Positions 39,828-54,284 of a stretch of 64,000 bases of DNA are shown here, piece after piece. The stretch is from assembly GCF_000150275.1 (NCBI RefSeq), contig NW_002060944.1, forward strand, positions 1,908,911 through 1,972,910. The letters run 5' to 3'. The notes beneath the pieces are model-generated. The model saw only the letters and a list, made by a program, of their open reading frames with translations, had not been told where the DNA came from and made no database searches. The stretch comes from Trichoplax adhaerens. Lineage: Eukaryota > Animalia > Placozoa. Made by a program: the position numbers and the translations under genes. Numbering within the stretch: position 1 is the stretch's first letter; each line of letters opens with the position of its first letter.

Positions 39828-42651
39828 ATGTGCAGGATTATCTCATTAATCACCAGGGTAGCGATTGTCACTGCTATCCTAAATATTGCCTCGCAGTTTA
39901 TAGAAGGTAAACGTTCTGACTGGTATGAGGACTCGAAGAATAGTAACTCAGATGATGAAAATATCAGGTTTCTAAAGCTAAACTTATTCAGTTCTAATTC
40001 AAAACGAAGCCTACGCGGTGACTCGTTGCCCCGGAATAATACCATTATAGATTATCATAATTACTATTCTACAGCAAAAATTTCTAACAGTAGTGCTCAC
40101 TGGATGGAAGTTGATTCACAAAACAAGTCACAAGTATATGAAGTTCTAAAGGATCAACATAGCAGTGCACAATTAATTCATACTAGCTTTCATTTTCCTT
40201 ACTATGGCCACTACATCGATAGTTTTTGGGTCGCTACCGGTGGTTTCTTATATGTTGGATCAATTTTTCATAGAAGTATTACATCGCTGCAATATATAGC
40301 ACCGCTGATGGCAAATTTTAACGTGGACTCTGAAAAAGGTTCATCGGTGAAAGTATTTGATAATGGAAAATCAATAGCTATCACATGGGATAATGTAACA
40401 CTTTTTGATTCACCTGAATCAGGTCGATTCAAATTTCAGTGTATTATCAATATCGATGGCAAAATTATGTTTGTATACAAAACTATTCCATTGCCACCAG
40501 TAAATATCAGTAATTCTAGCCACGCAGTAAAAGTTGGCATATCAGACGCATTGTACATTTGGCACCATGGGCTTGGTATTGTGAATATATATGAATATCA
40601 TCGGATTTTAATTGACCTTCGTTTTCTAAAAAGTGATTCTCAGATCTTGCTTTCGCCATTGCCGACATGTCTAACTGCGTCAAACTGTCAAAGCTGTTTC
40701 GATCCAGCTATTAAATTTAATTGTAGATGGTGCGTTGCTCTACAGAGGCAAGTATTAAAAACTTTGTTGAAAGTAACTTGATATTATTCTGTAAAGATAT
40801 GATTTACAGTGACGTAATACGTAAAAGAAATTAAAAGCTGCATTGTTGTGAGTCTTTTGCTGTTCACTTTACTGTTAAATGCAATTCTCTAAGCCATGGA
40901 ATCTCAATTAGTGCACTGTATTGTGTTAAGCGTTATTGCTAAACTATTACAATACTATATACAACGATTGTAGATGCTCTGATGGAATTGATCGACATCG
41001 CCAACTTTGGCTAACTAAAGGTTGTCAAAATGAAAGCCTTGGTAGTATTAGTGAATGCCAAAAATCATCTACAACAATTTCATCTCCTACTACTTCCAAT
41101 TTTTCTGATTTAACTACCGCATCTACATCGCACTATAGTAAGCTCCTGCAATCTCAGTTATACTAATCTGTATTTAATTCTCTTTATGCAAACAATTATG
41201 GTTGTTGGTACATTTCTAGATTGAAACTTATTTTAATAATTATATATTGTGTTATTTTTCTTGTACTTGCTAATTTAATTTGGATCGTGTTCGTATTCAA
41301 GATGATCAACAGACTATGCTTTCAACAACTGGTTCAAGCGACGATGAATCTTCCATGGCCTCTACTACACAAAACGACATTAACTTTTCTACGACAGGTT
41401 CAAAGGCAACTGATATATCTTATCATTCTGTGTACTTGCCAGGTTGGTTATTATGAGTAGCGCGGACACATGAATCCAATTTCTTAATCTAATAGTTCGT
41501 CATTGTTTGTGTAAGTAGTTACTTTGTTGTTTACCATGCATCCGTTCATAGGATTATTGTCTATATATTGAATTTAGGTAACTTAAATATTACTGTTTTT
41601 CGTTACAAAAATGTCGCTAATGTTACATGGTCATTGAGTAAATCCGTAAAGTATGATATTATGAAAATAAAGATCAAGTATCGTTCACTCAACTTAGTAA
41701 GCAATTGGAAAACCCGTAAATCTAATGCAAGTGCTAGATCTGGATATATAATTATTAATGGCCTTAATGAGCACACACAATATGCGTATCAGATGACAGT
41801 CACGGTAGATGATAGTCTATTTGCACGGGGAGTGATTTCCCAAGAAGTTTGTAGAAATCTATGGAGATGGTATAATGGCAGATGCTACGGTTACCAAGAA
41901 AGCCAGAAAGTAACATGGGAAGAAGCGAGAAAGCTCTGTCGAAATTTTAATGGAGACTTAGCTACCATTCATAATGACGATGAAATGCAAGCTATAGAAA
42001 GTCTTCCTATAAGGACATATGCGTGGATTGGCAAGTATACGAATCATTGCTCTATCTAGCAGTGCTGTATCGACAGAAATAATGTTGCAGCACCTTTCAA
42101 GTTCAGTAAGATCATGTAATTTATAATTTTGATAAATTATAGGTCTCAGACGTTATCAACATAATTTCAAATGGCCTAATGGAGTTAGTTATAACTACAG
42201 TTTCTGGGAAGTTGGACAACCCGCATCTAAAGGCAGAAATTGCGTTGCTTTAAGTCCTGTAAATCAAATTAATGAATATCGTTGGATTACTCAGCTATGC
42301 AGTTATTCTTATTCTTACATTTGCGAAGTTCCAGGTGCTTCAATTATTGGTTTCCTTTATATTTGCATAAGGCATGTGAAATAGAGGTAAAATTAACTTA
42401 ATATTCTATTTTTAGAGACTCCTTTGGATTTGAATGATTCTTCACATTCTGATCTGGGTGCTGTTATAGCTGTGACGATAGTGTGCATTATCGCTTTTGG
42501 TGGATTCTTTGCATGGTTTATTTACGCTAGAAAAAATTCAAGAACAGCGTGTTTACGGTATCGTACCAGAAGTCTTCTAACATTCAACACGCAAACCGAT
42601 TTTAAAAGCAGTACCATCAAGATATCGCGCTTGAAAGAAGAAATTGCGTGA
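39828..42651 (+). CDS. PLXDC: Plexin-domain-containing type I receptor with added FN3-like and C-type lectin domains, 6 coding exons
   Basis: Signal peptide; NIDO-like FHFPYYGH..VATGGFLY..QYIAPLMANF..VKVGISDA..IYEYHRI; PSI PLPTCL..CRWCVALQRCSDGIDRHRQLW..GC; S/T stalk; FN3-like ..GLNEHTQY; CTLD WYNGRCY..TWEEARKLC..WIGL..W..GQP..C..WIT..C..ICE; TM near 42455-42525. Confidence 0.9.
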
Positions 42652-44789
42652 TGAAACATAAAGTAAACGTTTCTATGATCTAGCTGCCGAAATTTTAATA
42701 TTCTAAGATATTTCTTTTAAGTTAAAAGAAAATAGTACAATGCAATTTTGATTTCTTAATAATTAATCAGTCTTGATTACAGTTTTCTATATCGGTACAT
42801 CAGAGTCATCATAATTACTCATTGAATTCGTACACGGGCTGCTCTGCTATTATTTTTTTTCGAATAAGTTTAATTAGCCTTTTACAATATACTTAAAATG
42901 CTAACAATGAGACGTGAGAGAAAAGTTTAATTTTTGATTTACTGCAGGCTAATAATTATGAATACGATTGACTTTTAAAATACAGCTCTGTCCGCAACTC
43001 TCAGCATTACTGAATTTCTTAGTTGCAGTTATGGAGTTAATTGTTAATTTAACACTAAAGCGATATTAAAAATCTACACGAAATGAGTAGAATTTAGGCA
43101 CTAAATTTACAGCCAAGTTTGTAGTAAGCTTTGCTATAAATTTCATATCGAAGTATATTTTCCACACCATTAGAATTCTAAGGAAAACTAGTCTAATTTA
43201 TAATTTTACCTTTGTATTCTAACACAGGTTAGATTTCACATTCGTATCTTGAATACATTTAGTACCGATTTATTTATTACTAAAAGTGCTTATTCGTATG
43301 ATAATAATGAAATTTCGGTATTAATACTAAGTTGTTCACTACACAGTATAGTGGCCAACCATGTGCAATTGTATTGTACATTTTCCTTGTATTTGAGATT
43401 TACCAGACCATTGCTAGCAGAAAATAATTAATATTGTTGTACGGTATATTCGTTGTGGATAGCTTGGCTCTAATCCGTTTAAGAATATATTTACATGCGT
43501 ATACTTGTCTAACAGAATAACGCTTAAATAAATCAATATGTATAGCTTTTAATACTGAATATGTAAGTACGAACAATCGTTGGCATACTTTATTCTCCAT
43601 CTATCTGAGCTAGTTATGCAAATCTACATTTCGTATCGGGTGATTTGATGGTATTCCGTAGGTACTATATTCACATGAAATTAATTTTGATGATAAAATT
43701 AAAGCCTTCAGATGTGAGAGGAACAATGATACATATACGGTACATCCGTTTGTAGAGATTCATCAGTACTTAATTTACACAAATAATAAAATTAAATTAA
43801 ACGTTAAATATCATTTCTACGCTTATATCTATACCATATATTAAAATTTGGCTGTCTAAATTTTATACGTTAGTTATATATAATGTACACGTATGATGCA
43901 TATATATAACAATTATCAGGCTATATGTGATGGTGAGGTTCGATAAGTCCGCAGAAGTTAAGTTAATTGCCATTCAGTGATTGATATAAATATTATTAGT
44001 AGAAAATGAATTCTTTATCGTAGATCGTAAATACCCGTCCACTCATTCACATGAAAGAGCAATCGGCTATACAGTATACAAGCGTACGTCCTCATCAGGA
44101 TGTTTTAAACTCTCTGATAATTATACAAGTAATATGCTATCTGATCGGTATTCCCGCAGTGATCAAACGCAGGATAGATTCTGTCTATCTATACTATATT
44201 TCAGCGTAGTGCTATACAAGATCAGTCTAATTAAAGATACGGTGCGGTATACCACATCCTTCGGCCTCCAGAGCGTTAGTTTCTCGACTAACACAATATT
44301 TTATGTAAATTTTTGAGTATTATGATAATTCGATATTTTTGTTAATTAGAATAGCTAGTAATACCATTTAGCATTACTCCTGTAATATTTGGTGACTTTT
44401 AATGCAGCCTCAAGTAACCGTTGCAGAGTGAGAGATTCTCGTTTTATATTCCCTACCATTATAAGTCAACCTACTCTTTCTACCAGTAACGGCGTTATTT
44501 GCCCAGGCCTAGTACTGTACAATGCCTAGACTGGACAGACTTTTCATACTAGTTGAGGCTGAAAATGTCGAAAAATACTTACTAAGTATGGATCTTCCGT
44601 ATCTGTTTTGTAAATCATTCGTGTTAATTTAATTCGAATAAAATTTACGATCTAAAGCAGGGACTACTCGAAAGGAGAGAGGAACCAGGGCATAGCCGAG
44701 AGCTGCAAAAAATGTGAAGGTCGACATTTCTTTGCAGCCATTTTACAATACGCCACTACTGTAACGATGCGCCGTCCTGCGCAAAGCCA

Positions 44790-45065
44790 ACCTACAGTAC
44801 AGTAGTCGTGTTCACTATGTGCTATTACCGATTGTCTTAATACTGTACAGTACAGTACAGTACAGTATAGCATTCTTCCAGTGGTCCAAAGTACAGTACA
44901 GTACTTTACAGCATAGTACGGTACAATACGTACTGTACAGTGTTTACACTACTGTACACAGGACAGTGCTGTACTGTACTGTACAGGACAGTGCTGTACT
45001 GTACTGTACAGTACAGTACAATAGTGTGTTGTACCGTGCTTTACAGTACTGTACTGTACAGTACA
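44790..45065. repeat. TACAG/CTGTA array with internal 25-bp tandem duplication (44958-45007)
   Basis: acaggacagtgctgtactgtactgt x2; tactgtacagtacagtacagtacagta. Confidence 0.85.
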
Positions 45066-46480
45066 CTTTACATGATCTTTGATAGGTTACTAAGCAACCT
45101 TTTGATTATTATTTTACGTACCTCACTGTAATATGGTCCCAATGTTCGATTCATCATACGACTGCTGTGAGCGAATTACGAGATTCCCTACCAGTGTGAG
45201 GTTCCTGCATTCGTAAAACTTTAAGATTTAATTATAGAACAAGATTACTGTACTTTACAGTTATATTAATACGAAATTGTTTAATCAATCAATAAAGTAC
45301 ATTTTACCACATCTAGTCGCAAGTTCATAACACAGTAGACTGGATTGTTGCAAAACTGGCTTATTGCACTCCTCGATGGATCATTAACGTAGATTGGTAA
45401 CGGCTATTCTATTTATCTACGGCAAATTCGATTTAAAACTTTAAATTCTTTATCTCCTAACTGCTATTGGGATATTTTATACGTACTAGAGTTCTCAGTA
45501 TTCCTTCTGTCCGATTCACGAACTAAGAAATACACTAATGTACGTAGTATTTGCTCTTCATTGCAGCCTTCAACTACAAGTGAGAAAGATTCGGTTACTG
45601 CATCATCGTATTATTTTTCTGTTTGTTACTGTAGAAGTCCTAGGCACCGGAAACCCTTCGAGTTACTGTGACAGACTATCATTCTTACTGTATTTAGTTC
45701 CATAACACAAATAATCGATTCTTAAATTGAACATGTATTGCTAAAATGTCATCCGAAAGCTTGTTGACTAATGGTTATGGTTAGTATATGCTACCTTATA
45801 ACTACGTAAAGTTAAGTTTTATTTATTTTGATCATCGTACAACTATGAAGATATACCGTTAAATACTTTTAATTGCCTTTGAGAAAATGATAGCGAAATT
45901 ACAGACGTCGTATGCAGATAAAACCTAATCTTAATTTTAAAACTGCATCAATCTTAGATAGGTGGGTTCCTAAAGTGGCATTTAATTTACGAAAATAAGA
46001 GGTACTGATGCTATTTAAAATGTTAAACGTTTACTATATAAATTAGTGTCATTAGCGTTATATAAGAATTCTATTCTTGATCTCTCATTAGTGCAAGTAT
46101 CCTTTTCGTACAAACTAAACCTTATTACAGGAGTTGCAGAAAGTATTTACAGTCGCTTTAAGCTATAAGATTGAATCAATAATATGCAAAGTACTATCAC
46201 ACGAATTCTCCCATTATTCTACTTAAATAGTAACTTAATATCATACTGCTTTGAACGGTCGTTAGTTATCAAATTAAATTACAATTTCATTATTTACAAT
46301 GCATATTTTCTTACAAGACAACGATATTATTGAAAGCTATGTCTCGCTATTACTCTAAAGTAATGCATCGGTTGTCACGTTAATTAAATGATTGTTTTTG
46401 TTAAACTGCTTGTTTCACATGTAAATAGGTCAATTCTCTGTCTTCTTATTTTAGTTCAATACTTTCTCGTGCCTCATAAA

Positions 46481-47681
46481 ATGGGATGTGGTTATAGCAA
46501 TCACGGAGATCAGATATTTATTGACCAAACGAAAGATAAGGGGCAGGAAATTAAAGTGTCTTCAACACTAGGTATACCTCCATACAGCTAGTTTATCTAT
46601 TATATTAGGTTAAATATGTTAAAAGAAATGTTAATCAATTTTTGCAATGGCTTTGATTGGTAACTGGTAGCCTTTCTGTATCATATAAACATTTTACGTT
46701 TGGCCTCATTATTATTGCAGAGAATATTGATGAGCATGCAGATGAAGACAGCAGTATAAGCGATGGCAATAAAAATTTAGTCGCCGCTAGTGAGAATTCT
46801 AATAAAATTACTACCGTTACGATCAATAAAGAATCTTTTAGCGGACCAATTTCTTATAAAGAGCTGATAGAAAATGTTCAAGAAAATGTAATTAAATCCT
46901 TCAGCATTCCCTGTTTTTATTACTATTATCATTTATTCAATGTTTACAGTATTAAAATCTAACATAGAACTTCAATCTCTCATCTTTTTAGAAAGAAGAG
47001 TGCATCCAGTTAGTGATGATAGGAATATTTAACAGCATAACTCACTTCAGTTGTAGCGTTCGTGTTGCTTCAATTCTTTTTAAATCCTGAATATTTGGAA
47101 TCGCCTGTTGACAATTTTGTAATTAATTAATTACATATAGACCTGTTAAATCGAAAACGTTTATGGGCTTACCAACTAAAAATACAGAGTAAGTTACTGA
47201 TTTAAAGTATATGAAATAGTATGGAATACAATTTTTTTATATAACTTTCAGTTAATAACACAATATTGTTCTATTTAAAAACTGATTAAGTACTTCACCA
47301 AAAATGGATCATGCTTTTGGCTTTTCAATTTTTTTGTCGTCATTAGCATTTTATCCGCCACTGGAAGTTTAGATAGTACCTTATATTATAGAACTGGATA
47401 TAAATAAAATATGTTATTGTTATATCGATCTTACAGCACAATATCGCGATCCCAAGCGGACTTCTTTGAAATGTTGGATAGGAAAATAAATGACGTAAGT
47501 GACTCGACTGTTAATATTTATTACAGTGACAGAAAAGTAGCCGTACAGTATTATAACTGTAATATGTAGTAAACAATTAACAATGAACCAAACTCCGGCA
47601 CGATAGGTAATATTTCTAATAAAAGTTTACTTACATGTTATTTAGGGACCTGAAATTTCTGACTATGAATTAGAATCCTAG
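46481..47681 (+). CDS. C1orf21: C1orf21/DUF4612-like small lipid-anchored protein, 6 coding exons including a 17-nt exon at 46992-47008
   Basis: N-terminal MGCGYS (myristoyl/palmitoyl-type) and C-terminal ISRSQADFFEMLDRKINDGPE matching C1orf21 ISESQQEFFRMLDEKIEKG; frame closes across GT-AG introns. Confidence 0.82.
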
Positions 47682-49955
47682 AAAGAGCTATTTAGTTGTC
47701 AGACGATATTTTTGTTGTAACATTATATCGCTTTAAGCTTATGCAATACGCTGTCATAGAACTTAAATTATCTGTATTGCATAATTATATACAGTATGAA
47801 CAGTACTTGCATTAAACATAGTTAAAAGTTTCATAGATGTCAACTTTTTTCCTATTTTGCAATGCATTAATTAAGTTACTTGGTAATACTGTACATCAAA
47901 GATACTGCCTAATCGTGGCCATATTCTTATTCTATACGCTTGCGGCTAAATTTAATGTAAAATAAAAAATAAATTAGCGACCATACTCTACTACTAAATT
48001 CATATAACTTAGTACTGAAGGAAATGATAAACTGACAGAGTAAGAATTAGGAAATAACCATATATTAAAGATTGACTTAGGAATTGTGAGCTTGAAATAA
48101 TTGTATAATACTTAGAGTTTCACAAGTAAGAGAGTTTTATACTGTGTGTAATATGCAAACTATGATAAAATATTAAAGAGTAGGGTGTTAGCAAGCCCTG
48201 TAGTGCAGTACAATTTTACAGGATGAATGTATGATTTATAGTAACTATAGCCTTATTCAAATTATGTAGCTTACGTGCTAATATATCCGTACAAATGCGG
48301 TATTTTTTCTTAATTTTTAGCCTTGATGTCTAAGTTGTTAAAGTGACTATGATACTGCCTTTACCTGCGCTTCTATTTTTGATATTATCCCCTAAAAGAA
48401 GTTAACATGCAAACTTTGAACATCGATGCTTCATACAGTTGGTAAAGTTTGTAAATTTAAATGCAAGATTCGTATATCTATTTCTGAGCCATCTCAATGT
48501 TTGGTTTGCGTGATCTATACAGGAATGATGGTGCTGCACTATTTGATTGATTGTATTCAAGTTATTTATGTGACCGTACGATGATATTATTACAGTTCCA
48601 TAAAAATGTAATATTTGAGTATGATAATAAATGATTCAGTTTTGAATATAAATATTTAATGATCTTTAGGATGCTGTAGAATTAAGACTGAACAGTAACG
48701 CCTTCAGGCTGCTATAAATATATATCATTCCTAGTAAATACGTCTATAGCATTTTAGATAATTCGATACTATGTACTTGCATTGTACTCATGTGCAATAT
48801 TTATTAAGAAATATAACAATATTTGGTTGCATTGGCTTAGAATTCTGCATTAGCCAGGTCTTTTATGAAACTATGCGTATACTGCCTCAAATTGTAAGTC
48901 CAAGTGAGGGATCAGGTTTCGGCACGATAACAATGTTGATGTTCAATAGTTGTATTGTATAATATACGTGTTACGTTACATAGGCCTTAAAATCTCGATT
49001 TTACACTACTTGTGAGTAGTACATGGAAATTTAATAACGTTACTGTATCAATAAGAAATCTTCTATATTATCATGTAGCTGGATATATTGTTTAATAAAT
49101 ATATGGTGTTTACCAGTGCACAGTAGTTTCACAGCGCTGTATAAAGCTGGCATATATCATTATGGTCTTTGGTATAAATGATTAGGTTCAGATATATAAG
49201 TAAAATACTCGCCTGAAAAAGTTGGATACAATTATAGCTTAGCATGTTTCAATTTTTGTCTAAGTTTTCATTGAATCCTTACAATATTGCAACAATGAAC
49301 TCCTAAAGAAGCCCTTTCAAGTATCGTACCGAATATTAATAGCTACCGTAATGTTTGCGTAGCTTAATTAAACAAACTTATAAATCATATTTAAGTGGTA
49401 CCATAAAATGACCGGCGAATAACTATACCCAACAGCGTAGCAACTCGTTATAAAATACAGACAAGGCTCATAATAATCTAAATGGCTTCCCGTATCACAT
49501 TTTGCCGTTCCCTTAAGATCAGTATGAGTCGATTTGATAGTATTTTAATTTAGTATTATCTTAAATTTTTATGGTTACATTAATCATAGCATTTATAAAT
49601 TTCATTGTAACTTTGTAACAGTTTAAGATTTTAGTAAAATATTCCGCGATGTGCTCGTTGATATACTTAGTACTCAATTATTTTAGTTCAATATCGGAAC
49701 CTGGCTAAAACTAATTACAGTGAGTACCAACAACTTCGTCATAAATGATATAGAATCAAACGCTAAAGGGGAGGCAAGCAAACTTTCATATTGAAGTATA
49801 TGGATAAAATCACGATTGCACAGAAAGCTGTAGTACTAATGAAAAATACACAAGTACTAATTAATTTAATACGATGTGGTACAGCATCTATAATTTTGAT
49901 TAATATTTTACATTGATATGTTATTATGGAATACCAGGCATTTCATGTACTTTTG

Positions 49956-52900
49956 CTATACACGATTGTAAGATCTTATGTCAAGTTTTTTAGGGTTAGG
50001 GTATTGTGGGTGCTCAATAACGCCTTCACCAAACTTCAATTCCAAGAATTTAGTATAATTATTCGGCGCAGATACCATCATTCCAAGAAACCCTTTAACA
50101 AACGTCATAACGGCAAGTTAGTTTTTAGTCCATTTTATAAAAATACGTGCAAGTCAATCTAATCATAATTATTTACAAATTTTTTGTAATGGTTTAATGA
50201 ATTGAGTTGGAAATTTCATATCCTGCTTATGTGTCTTAAACCAAGTATCCTTAGTCATAAATCCGTTCTTTTCATAAAACGGAAATAAATCTAATTGAAA
50301 GTATTAACCGAATGATCAATATTACGTTACTTGTTTCGAAGTGAACTGAGCTCTTACCGACATGCATATGGTTTTGCTGGCTAAATTGAACACGAAAGAA
50401 TTTTCCTTCCGTAGCTTTTTCCCAAACGTAAAATTGCTTATCTGTTACAGAAAGTTTTCTTCCTGTGTGAAGCGCGGCCAAAGTATCAAACTAGTGCATA
50501 CAGTATATAGGCATTAAAATCTTATTACATCCCTATACGGCATATGTGCTCAACAGATGGGAATTATAGCAGATAAATCCATGCTAATTAAATGACTTCT
50601 TACGCAGTATCTTTTCACTCACTTTGGCGATATCATCCTGGTGTATCCCAATATCGACATCGTAATCCCAGGGTATAATTTCCCCATTTCGGACAGCACC
50701 GAGGAGAGAGCCGCCCTAAAAACCGTCGATCACAATTATTATACTTCTTAGTAAAAGACAACCTAACTATAACTTCATTATGTCCATAAGTCTAAGATTT
50801 AATGCTATTTTCTTACTTCTAACCAATATCGAATCCTAAAGCGATTTAGTATATTAAAAACATGAATTGCAGTCTCCCGTAGAGCTCCTTTATATGTATT
50901 ATAATAACATTCAGTATCTGCTTTAGCTCAAATATTTACTAAAGTATTGCTGAAGTTATGGATATTGTACATGATGATAACGTAATTTATTTGGTAAAAT
51001 TTCGATACTTATGCAGCACGGAGGAGTCCATAAACCGTCATATAAATAAGAAGGGGTATCATCAATGACAGTTTTAAAACACCTGGAGGTGAACTGAGAA
51101 CAAAATAACATGACATACTGCTAAATAATTAATTGACTACGTTTAATATTATTTTTCATCGCGATAAAATGAAGTTTTAAAACAAGTATCCTTAATTGTT
51201 ACCTTGTTGCAACCGAGCCATTCTATCTCGCCGTCGATACCAACAATTTTCTTAATCTTGAACCTATGATAAATCAAATTAATATTTCCATTTCCATAAT
51301 CCTTCATTTTGATAGATTGATAGTACCTCTGATACATTGTTTTCCTTCGCTTCTCAAATAATGTCTCATGTTTTAGCCTTAAACGATAAATAAACAGTGT
51401 AGTGATTAACTGTAGATACATTAACATATATGTGTTGCTATCAAAACATTTACCTATTGTGAGGGTCATTAAATAATCCTTTATATTTTGTGAAAAAGAT
51501 TTTCTTGTTTATAACGGTTTTCATGTTTCTAACAGCAGCTTGAATAAAAATACCTTCAAAAAGGGAAGTGAAACCGCTATAGAAGCTCTAAATTCAGTCT
51601 CTTTAGACTATTCATATTTCCAACTTTAAATAAACTACGGAATCTACCAGTAGGATAAGGACGAACCAACGGTACCGTAAAATTAAATAACACTTCACGC
51701 TTTAATAGTATCGCCACATTGCTAAATGTGCCGTCACATAATAAATAGCCTGACCAGAAAATAAAAAGATTAATAGCAAATAAAGAAGTATGATAATTAC
51801 AATTCATAAATGCTATAAAATCTTAATGCGATATCTTACTGTCACTAATATCCTCTCGATCTTTACCATAAGAAATTGTCCATTGTCTATGTAGTATAAG
51901 CACAAGAGTAAGTAAGTAGTCTGAACAAAAATGCTACCTAGGATCATAACCGTCAGAATTTTACGAAATCTACTAATTTTAAGTACAAAGTGAATGCAAA
52001 TTATTTTACCTAATATTAGGTAAAATAGATATGCAATCTTCCTTCCTGAAAGATCCATCAGTCATAGCAGAAATTTGTACTTCCTTCATGATTTTTTGTC
52101 CATCTTGCAGCGACCAAAACAGAGAAAATAATTTATATCTATCATCAAGTATTAAACCATCTGGCACCACCATAACGAACTGTGTGGCAATATATCTAAA
52201 TTATTTTTAAAATTTGTCAAAATATATAGCATCCTATTAGTTCTACAGGTGAATAAGTCTTACGATAATTGGTAAAAATTTTCAAATAGCGTTACAGACG
52301 ATAGAATCTAGTTCTTGAATAAGATCGAATCCTGAATCACTCTTACTTTTCAACAAGCAATGCTTGGTAAGGGGTAGCAATAGAAGCATCAGTATTGATA
52401 AGCTAGTGGCATGTCAAATAAACAATATCAAGCAATGGTCCCAACACAAAATTAAATAGCGATGACCAATAAGATTTGCGTATCTACTATTAATTCACTT
52501 TAATTCTCTCTACAGTAGAAATGTTCGAATGCTTCTTTCAGTGATAACATACAATAGTTACAGTATGAAACAATTAATTCGTTAGCACAGCTAATAGCTA
52601 AGACATGATTAAAGAGGCAAGCAAGTATGGCATCAAAAATACTTAGTATGGTATGTAGATATTCCACTGTAATTAAGAATACATATGACCATGTACCTTT
52701 ACGTTAGGGCTATTAAATTGCAAAGGCGGATAGGGATTTCCGTGGCAGACGAGGAGTATGTTGATATTAGGAAAGAACTGCAGAATAGACTCCACCGTTT
52801 TCAATAAGTTATTTTCGAATTCCTCTGATAGAAGCACTCAATTAGATAATATTTTACATTTATTAGTGCAACTGTTTCATCAATCATTAAACAAGATACG

Positions 52901-53001
52901 ATCTTTGGCAATAAAACATCTCCATAACTAACCGAATTCGTAAATTATAACCGTAACCAAGTCTTCGAATGATTTATCCATAACGGTATTGCCATATTTT
53001 C
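49956..53001 (-). CDS. FKRP: Fukutin-related protein (LicD-family ribitol-phosphate transferase); 5' TM exon not located
   Basis: [18 protein letters not shown]; [55 protein letters not shown]; [29 protein letters not shown]; [26 protein letters not shown]. Confidence 0.92.
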
Positions 53002-54284
53002 CTAAGTCTAGTCATAAATTGCGTAAGCATTTATACATAAGGTAATAATATTCCTTTATCTTGAACATTACATAATATATACTAATAGGATGCTAACAAA
53101 TAATAAGATCATTTTAAACATTTAATCTCCAAATTTCAATATAATTATGAAAATGACTGCAATACAGTACTGTATGCATGTTATGTCAAAATTTTAGCAT
53201 GGACATAAGAATACAGTACAACTTTCTGTTACCAATATCACATTAAATTAAACGATTCATATATAAATGCATTATAAATATAAAAGTCTTCACATTGTTA
53301 AATTATCTCATAATTATCATTGTCACATACTGTACTTGCACTTGGCAGTGAAACGTTGTTGCTTCGCGTATCTTATTGCACTGGATAAACAACCAACAAG
53401 CTTTATTCGAATGAGTACATGTAAGCGTACTACATCATGAATGTACGTACACTACGCACTGTATGTTATATTATGTACGAAATATAGAAACTAAGATCTC
53501 TATTGTATCTATAAGTATACTCGTATTTGTCACGCTGAATATTTTGAATATCAATAACTGCAGTAATATTTGGGTATCTTCAGAATTATATCTGAAAAAG
53601 TATTCTGATAGTTATTCGTCCGCACTAAAGAATCAAATCAATTATAATATATATATATATATATACATAATGTATGTATATAAATGTTCGAATGCAGTAA
53701 TAATTTTTTCATATTTACAGTTAATTTCGAGGAGTTTCCGTAAATGATGTACCTTTCTCAAATGTAGCTTTTATATTAGCTTTCTCTAGTTGATTTTGAA
53801 TAAATAGGAGATTAAAAAAGATTAGCATGCTAGTTAATACGACAGCTTTAACTGTAAGTCTTTTCCCCTTCGTGTACAAGCATCCCATTCTATGCAGTTG
53901 TCCCCATTTGCAGGATTCGAAGAGCTACCACACTAACCACAGAAACTTTGACTGTGAGGTGTAAATAAAACGGACAGTACTGAACTACTATTCTAGAAAC
54001 TATTTTTGGTATGATCACTCTTGGATGGACAGACACTTCCGGCTTCATTTCGTCAAAATATTGTGTCAAACACTTCGTTATGACACTACTTTAGTATGCA
54101 GATTATCGATTTTGAATTTACTGATTTTTTCTAAATTGAGTAATACTGTATTACGTGCAGCAGCGTTGTTGATAATGCAACGTTTAATGATATACATCAG
54201 ACAGAGTGTGATGCATTCTAGAGATCCTTATTACTTTATTGTTCTTAGAGTCTCTTCAGGGTCGCTAATGCACGCAATTCAGAG

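Noticed and set aside
44085-44100. CTGATGAG on the minus strand, hammerhead-like
   Set aside because: No stem II closing into GAAA
44670-44684. GAAAGGAGAGAGG resembling the U6atac box; GCTTTGCGCAG on the minus strand near 44780 resembling the U4 5' end
   Set aside because: No following AAGGTTAGC catalytic segment, and U4 similarity stops after 11 nt
46097-46106. GTATCCTTTT as a U12-type donor upstream of C1orf21
   Set aside because: No TTCCTTAAC-type branch site before the downstream acceptor; other RTATCCTT hits fall in exons
49991-50001. TAGGGTTAGGG telomere-like sequence
   Set aside because: It is the FKRP codons for YPNP on the minus strand
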